From: an uncultured Ignavibacteriales bacterium
GTDB taxonomy: Bacteria; Zixibacteria; MSB-5A5; GN15; FEB-12
NCBI GenBank assembly: GCA_964464605.1
Contig: CAYXJN010000005.1
Coordinates: 248,001 to 312,000 of the forward strand
DNA: 64,000 nt
Reading direction: 5' to 3'
Positions 59,560-64,000 of the stretch are shown here, piece after piece (position 1 is the first letter of the stretch; each line of letters opens with the position of its first letter). A model generated the notes under the pieces. The model searched no databases, was not told the DNA's origin, and worked only from the letters and a program-made list of their open reading frames with translations. Both the position numbers and the translations under genes were made by a program.

Positions 59560-61686
59560 TTACCGTTTGACGTCGGTGAGGCCATGTTTTTGAAGAAGAG
59601 AATAGAGCTGTCCTCGCGAAATCCCCAGCAGCTTTGCGGCTTTAGATTTATTCTCCTTCGCTTTTGCCATCGCTTTCACTAACATCTCCTTCTCAACCGT
59701 TTCAAGCGCAACTCCTTCAACCGGAAAATCTACAGAAGCGGGAGCGGCAGCGGCGATACGTGCTGATTGTGGTCGTGATACGGTGATTGGTAAATGTTCT
59801 CTTGTAACCAACCCACCCTGACAGAGAATCACCGCGCGCTCGATTGCATTGCGGAGTTCACGCACATTACCGGGCCAATTGTGTACTAACAATTGTTCTC
59901 GTGCGTCTTCTGATATACCTGCCGCAGGACGGCCGATACTTCTCCCAACCTCTTCTAAGAATGTTTCCGCAAACGTGAGTATATCGTCCGGCCGCTCACG
60001 AAGCGGGGGGAGATGAATTTCAAATGTACAGAGCCGATAGTATAGATCTTCACGGAATGATCCATTTGCAATGGACGTGCGTGGGTCCCGGTTTGTTGCG
60101 GCAACAATTCGCACGTCTGCTTTAATCGTTCTCGCGCCGCCGACCCGGTTGAATTCCCGCTCCTGCAACACCCGCAGCAGTTTTGCCTGCATTGGTGGTG
60201 CCATCTCTCCGATTTCATCTAAGAAGAGCACACCTCCATTTGCCTGTTCGATTTTTCCGATTCGTGCTTCGACAGCACCCGTAAATGCACCCCGCTCATG
60301 CCCGAATAACTCCGATTCCAGCAGATGTTCCGAAATCGCCGCACAATTGAGTGCGATGAACGGCCCCTTTTCTCGTTTCGAACCGCGATGAATATATCTG
60401 GCTATCACTTCTTTACCGGTTCCTGATTCTCCGGTGATGAGCACAGTTGTATCAGTTGCTGCTACCTGAGTGGCAAGGGCCAAAGCTTCCTTCCATGCTG
60501 GAGAACTGCCTATTGCCCGGTGTGCACTGTACCTGTCCAGCTCATGAGTAAGGACGGCAACCTTTTTCTCCAATTGCTGGGCGCGTTCTTCGGTGAGAGC
60601 AATCAGCCGTTCTTCATCTGCGAGTTTCTGGTGTGCGAGTGCGAGTGCGACAAGATCCGTGATACGGGAGGCGAGCATTCCATCCTCTGCATCATATGCG
60701 TCAGGTTTACTTGACATGAATGCAATACCGCCGATCGGTTTGTCTTTGCTTCGGATAGGGACGCGCATAGTCGAGCGAATACCTGCCCGCGAAACGAAGT
60801 TTACCCAATTCTTACCGGGTCGCACAACCACTTCCACAGGTGGAGTCACATGCTTCGGGGAAATTCGCGCCTTGACCGACTCGGCATCTACCGGAGACAG
60901 ATCATAGGCCAACAGAAATTGCCAGTTCGCGTCGAGCGCTTCCTGTTCGTTGCTAAATCGGTATTCCGGAAGCTCCATTACCCCCATAACTGTAGCCGCC
61001 TGAACCCGGACTCCGCCGCGATCGGGGCTGAGTAGAGCAAATGCAAGAACATCATGCGGAACGACTTCCTTAATCACTGTGGACATCTGAACGAATACCT
61101 TTCGCACATCGAGCGATTGCGCAATGGTAGGCACCAGCGTTTCGAATTTCGCCCGCCTTCGCTGACGAATCTGTTCCTTTTCCCAGAGTTGCTCTCGTTC
61201 GGTTGCTATAGCTAAGTATTCCTTGATTGGTTCGAGCGCTCGCACATGCGTGTCGTTGAAATCATCTGCTTTATTGCTTGTCATAATAAGCAGGCCGACC
61301 TCACCATGTTCAGTGGTGAGCGGTGCAAGCAGTAAAGACTGAGCGCCTGATTCTATCAACGTGCGATCCCCTTCGTAACTTCGGTCGAGTACCTCACTCG
61401 CATTCTTTATAATGTAGGTAGCTGCATTTGTGCGTGGCCAGAGTTTTTCAGAATACCGTCTGCGCAAGGTGGGAATAGGTTTAGGCTGTTCCGATGCTCC
61501 ACGCTGTACCGTTACTGATTGAACCGCCGCTTCATCTTCGAGAAAAACAAGCTGGGCGTTGTCGTATGGAATCGATTTTTCGAGTGTCGATATCACACGA
61601 ACAAAAAGCGTGACGAGACCCTCATACGATGGTTGTTCCTTCGATCCTTCTGTGCTAGTGTCGCTGGGTTTTGGGGGCGGAAACAT
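59560..61686 (-). CDS. Sigma54-dependent enhancer-binding activator (GAF-GAF-AAA+-HTH)
   Basis: [36 protein letters not shown] and Fis HTH; two GAF-like N-terminal segments. Confidence 0.95.
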   Translation of the reverse strand: MFPPPKPSDTSTEGSKEQPSYEGLVTLFVRVISTLEKSIPYDNAQLVFLEDEAAVQSVTVQRGASEQPKPIPTLRRRYSEKLWPRTNAATYIIKNASEVLDRSYEGDRTLIESGAQSLLLAPLTTEHGEVGLLIMTSNKADDFNDTHVRALEPIKEYLAIATEREQLWEKEQIRQRRRAKFETLVPTIAQSLDVRKVFVQMSTVIKEVVPHDVLAFALLSPDRGGVRVQAATVMGVMELPEYRFSNEQEALDANWQFLLAYDLSPVDAESVKARISPKHVTPPVEVVVRPGKNWVNFVSRAGIRSTMRVPIRSKDKPIGGIAFMSSKPDAYDAEDGMLASRITDLVALALAHQKLADEERLIALTEERAQQLEKKVAVLTHELDRYSAHRAIGSSPAWKEALALATQVAATDTTVLITGESGTGKEVIARYIHRGSKREKGPFIALNCAAISEHLLESELFGHERGAFTGAVEARIGKIEQANGGVLFLDEIGEMAPPMQAKLLRVLQEREFNRVGGARTIKADVRIVAATNRDPRTSIANGSFREDLYYRLCTFEIHLPPLRERPDDILTFAETFLEEVGRSIGRPAAGISEDAREQLLVHNWPGNVRELRNAIERAVILCQGGLVTREHLPITVSRPQSARIAAAAPASVDFPVEGVALETVEKEMLVKAMAKAKENKSKAAKLLGISRGQLYSLLQKHGLTDVKR

Positions 61687-61728
61687 GATGCGATTCTATC
61701 AGCCACCCATAGACTTTGTCAAGCTGCA

Positions 61729-61763
61729 TTGTCCATTTATGGACAACTGTCCAATCCCAGACA
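61729..61763. promoter_or_regulatory. Tandem enhancer (UAS) sites, TGT-N10-ACA x2
   Basis: Perfect palindrome TTGTCCAT-TT-ATGGACAA followed by TGTCCAATCCCAGACA. Confidence 0.8.
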
Positions 61764-61853
61764 CCTCAAACCACCAAACGGTCATTTCCGGGCGCTCTCG
61801 TAAAACGCTACATCCCATAGACTTATAAACCTATTTCGGGTGCTCGAATGCGA

Positions 61854-61870
61854 TTGGCACACCGATCGCA
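61854..61870 (+). promoter_or_regulatory. Sigma54 -24/-12 promoter
   Basis: TTGGCAC-ACCGA-TCGCA with exact GG-N10-GC spacing. Confidence 0.88.
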
Positions 61871-61882
61871 ATACAAGTCGCC

Positions 61883-62152
61883 ATGCACAAGAACGTTGAA
61901 ATACTGATCGGCCGACTGGCCACTGACCCGACGCTGCTCGAGCACTTTGCAAAGAATCCTCTCGCAGTTCTTCGCGAGCAAGGACTCGAACTCAACGCGA
62001 TCGAGTTGGATGCCTTAGCCGCCACCAGTCCCAAGGCGTTCAGTGCGCTCACCGCTGCGCTCGATGCTCGCATTTGTAAAGCATCGATAGCGATCGAAAA
62101 TCGGTCCAATCGCGGCATAACAACAACGGAATCGCAAAAAGATTCCAAGTAA
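61883..62152 (+). CDS. Small NHLP-clan (Os1348-like) leader-domain protein
   Basis: VEILIGRLATDP.L...F..NP..VL...G..L...E pattern resembling nitrile hydratase leader peptides. Confidence 0.65.
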   Translation: MHKNVEILIGRLATDPTLLEHFAKNPLAVLREQGLELNAIELDALAATSPKAFSALTAALDARICKASIAIENRSNRGITTTESQKDSK

Positions 62153-62164
62153 GGAGACGGTACA

Positions 62165-62962
62165 ATGAAACGCAGCAACACTCTTTCAGGCATGATGAAA
62201 CGACGCGCCCTCTGCAGCGCGGCGTGCCTGGCCATGATTTTCATCACCAGCACGGCGAACGCAGCCGGATGGCATTTCTCATTCACACCTTACGCCTGGT
62301 TGACTGACATCAGTGTCGAAGGAAAGCTGGATGGGCGCACGGTTGTCGACGAAGAAATCTCGGTCGGTGATCTGATTGAGGATCTCAAGACAACTTTTCA
62401 GGGAAGGTTTGAACTTCAGCATGGAGAATTCAGTGCGATGGTTGATCTGTTCGATGTCACGCTTGGCGATGAAGTTGCCGGCGTTGCGCTTCCGAACGGT
62501 GCCGGCAGCGCGGATCTCTCATCCGATATCGGCATGACACTGCTGGACATTGCCGCTACGTATGATCGCGGCGGTAACCATCAGGGGTTTTCGTTTCTTT
62601 ATGGGACACGCCTGATCAACAATCGGTCTGAAATCGATGCGACTTTTCATCTTACTTCCGGTTCGGACGTTTCAGAAAGCTACGATACAGATGAATGGCT
62701 CGCAGACATGCTCGTCGGAATGAGCTATACAAAGCGGTTCTCAAACCACTTTCTCTATCAGACAGAGGCTGATTTCTCGGTCGGGGGCACCGATTACACC
62801 TGGAGCCTCGGTCCGTCACTTACTTACGCTTTCGGTAAATACGGACGCTATGGCATCACTGCCGGGTATCGCCGGATGACAATTAATTACGAGGAAGAAA
62901 ACGACTTTGGTGCGCAAATGACGATGTCCGGCGCAGAGGTCAGTTTCCGCGCTTCATTCTAA
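62165..62962 (+). CDS. Putative outer-membrane beta-barrel protein
   Basis: Signal peptide, W.F.FTPYAW, AGYR and C-terminal VSFRASF. Confidence 0.75.
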   Translation: MKRSNTLSGMMKRRALCSAACLAMIFITSTANAAGWHFSFTPYAWLTDISVEGKLDGRTVVDEEISVGDLIEDLKTTFQGRFELQHGEFSAMVDLFDVTLGDEVAGVALPNGAGSADLSSDIGMTLLDIAATYDRGGNHQGFSFLYGTRLINNRSEIDATFHLTSGSDVSESYDTDEWLADMLVGMSYTKRFSNHFLYQTEADFSVGGTDYTWSLGPSLTYAFGKYGRYGITAGYRRMTINYEEENDFGAQMTMSGAEVSFRASF

Positions 62963-62994
62963 CCGTGAGCAAGAATACAAAGGAGAATATAAGA

Positions 62995-63858
62995 ATGTCT
63001 GAGAAACTTATTAACCCCCGCCCAAACGCGTTAAATCGCATTGGGCGGGCAATTCTGAGGATGATTGGTGTGCATCCTTTCGATACGGAAACGACAAGGT
63101 ACGATCTTTGCAATAGCTCTGCGCTTTGCATCGCAACCAATCATGGTGTACTCGATATCGGTGTACCAACCGGCGTGTTCGGTTCGGAACTGACCGTACC
63201 ATACTACTGCTTTCTCGATGCTGGAATGCAGGTCGATGTTGCCAGCCCTAAGGGTGGAATGATTCCCGTCGAACCGCTTTCAGTGAAAGAGATGCTTCGC
63301 ACCGCAGAAGATGACCGGATGCTCGGCGATGACTTCTTCCGCGCAAAACTGACAAACTCACTCGCGATCGAAGCTGTCGACTTCACTGCCTACGATATTA
63401 TCTATTTCGCAGGCGGTTGGGGTGCGGCCTTCGATCTCGGTCAATCTGAAATACTCGGTAAAAAAGTCAGTGAAGCGTTCGCGGCCGGACGGGTAATTGG
63501 CGGTATCTGTCACGGCCCGCTTGGCCTTTTGAAAGCCCGTCGCCCTGACGGTGAATTGCTCGTCAAAGGGCGCAGACTTACCGCTGTCACCGACCGCCAA
63601 GTGCAGCAGCTCGGTGTTTCGATCACGCCCCTGCATCCGGAATCGGCGCTTCGCGCTGCCGGCGCACAGTTCGAATGTAAACACCACTCACTACGTGACT
63701 TTTTCGCGAATCACTTCGTCGTCGACGGCGACCTCATCACCGGCCAGAATCAAAATGCCGGACCGATGGTCGCTCGGTTGATGATGAATCGTGTAATAGA
63801 AAAAAATCAATCCGTTCGCAGAGCAGATGTCTTTGCGGACCAAACAAAACTGTCATAA
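62995..63858 (+). CDS. DJ-1/PfpI (Hsp31-like) type 1 glutamine amidotransferase-like protein
   Basis: SELT.PY, ASPKGG, AGGWG, GICHG and ITGQN motifs; AAGGAG RBS before ATG 62995. Confidence 0.88.
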   Translation: MSEKLINPRPNALNRIGRAILRMIGVHPFDTETTRYDLCNSSALCIATNHGVLDIGVPTGVFGSELTVPYYCFLDAGMQVDVASPKGGMIPVEPLSVKEMLRTAEDDRMLGDDFFRAKLTNSLAIEAVDFTAYDIIYFAGGWGAAFDLGQSEILGKKVSEAFAAGRVIGGICHGPLGLLKARRPDGELLVKGRRLTAVTDRQVQQLGVSITPLHPESALRAAGAQFECKHHSLRDFFANHFVVDGDLITGQNQNAGPMVARLMMNRVIEKNQSVRRADVFADQTKLS

Positions 63859-63894
63859 CACAAACGTATATTCTTGAAAGGAAAGAAAACGGTC

Positions 63895-64000
63895 ATGAAA
63901 ACATTTAGCAGAATCCTCGTTTCGCTCGTCGCGATTACCTTCTTCGCAGTCGGGCTTGAATTTTGGATGGTTCCTGAGCAAGCAGCTCAACAGTTTGGAA
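63895..64000 (+). CDS. Membrane protein, N-terminal fragment
   Basis: MKTFSRILVSLVAITFFAVGLEFWMVPEQAAQQFG, runs off the window. Confidence 0.6.
   Translation, partial: MKTFSRILVSLVAITFFAVGLEFWMVPEQAAQQFG

Noticed and set aside
59560..61763. Nitrogen fixation regulation (NifA)
   Set aside because: UAS shape and GAF-AAA+ layout are similar, but no nif genes are present in the window

Overview
A 64-kb chromosomal window from a diderm bacterium, probably a Zixibacteria-type lineage (inferred from the C-terminal dockerin style and the ispE-spoVG-tRNA-prs-rplY order). I saw no CRISPR array, integrase or transposase. The left half is mostly housekeeping: comB-like, gcvT, acnA, ispE, spoVG, tRNA-Gln, prs, rplY, priA, pheA, an RND pump and osmC. 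Its accessory genes are an adenylating enzyme with an ACP-GNAT fusion behind acnA, a lone squalene/phytoene synthase, an AT-rich gene with an apparent premature stop, and a cohesin plus double-dockerin protein. The best candidate for an undescribed system is at 32.1-39.4 kb. It comprises an RsbW/STAS pair, an ECF sigma and membrane anti-sigma, a membrane-anchored protein of tandem 9-residue (Q)DKNFRKAV repeats, an exported HExxH peptidase/beta-propeller/beta-barrel protein, and a translationally coupled PrsW protease. The same ECF-type motif, T(C/G)ACCAAC-N14-CCGGTATGT, precedes both the sigma gene and the repeat gene. Next come a flavoprotein, alpha-2-macroglobulin/PbpC, a SRAP protein, an S74-chaperone fibre protein, and a complete cbb3 oxidase operon (fused ccoNO) with a near-consensus Rex box. 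The window ends with a GAF-AAA+ sigma54 activator facing an operon with clear enhancer sites and a -24/-12 promoter, whose first gene encodes an NHLP-clan leader-like protein. All calls come from reading motifs by eye; no database search was run.
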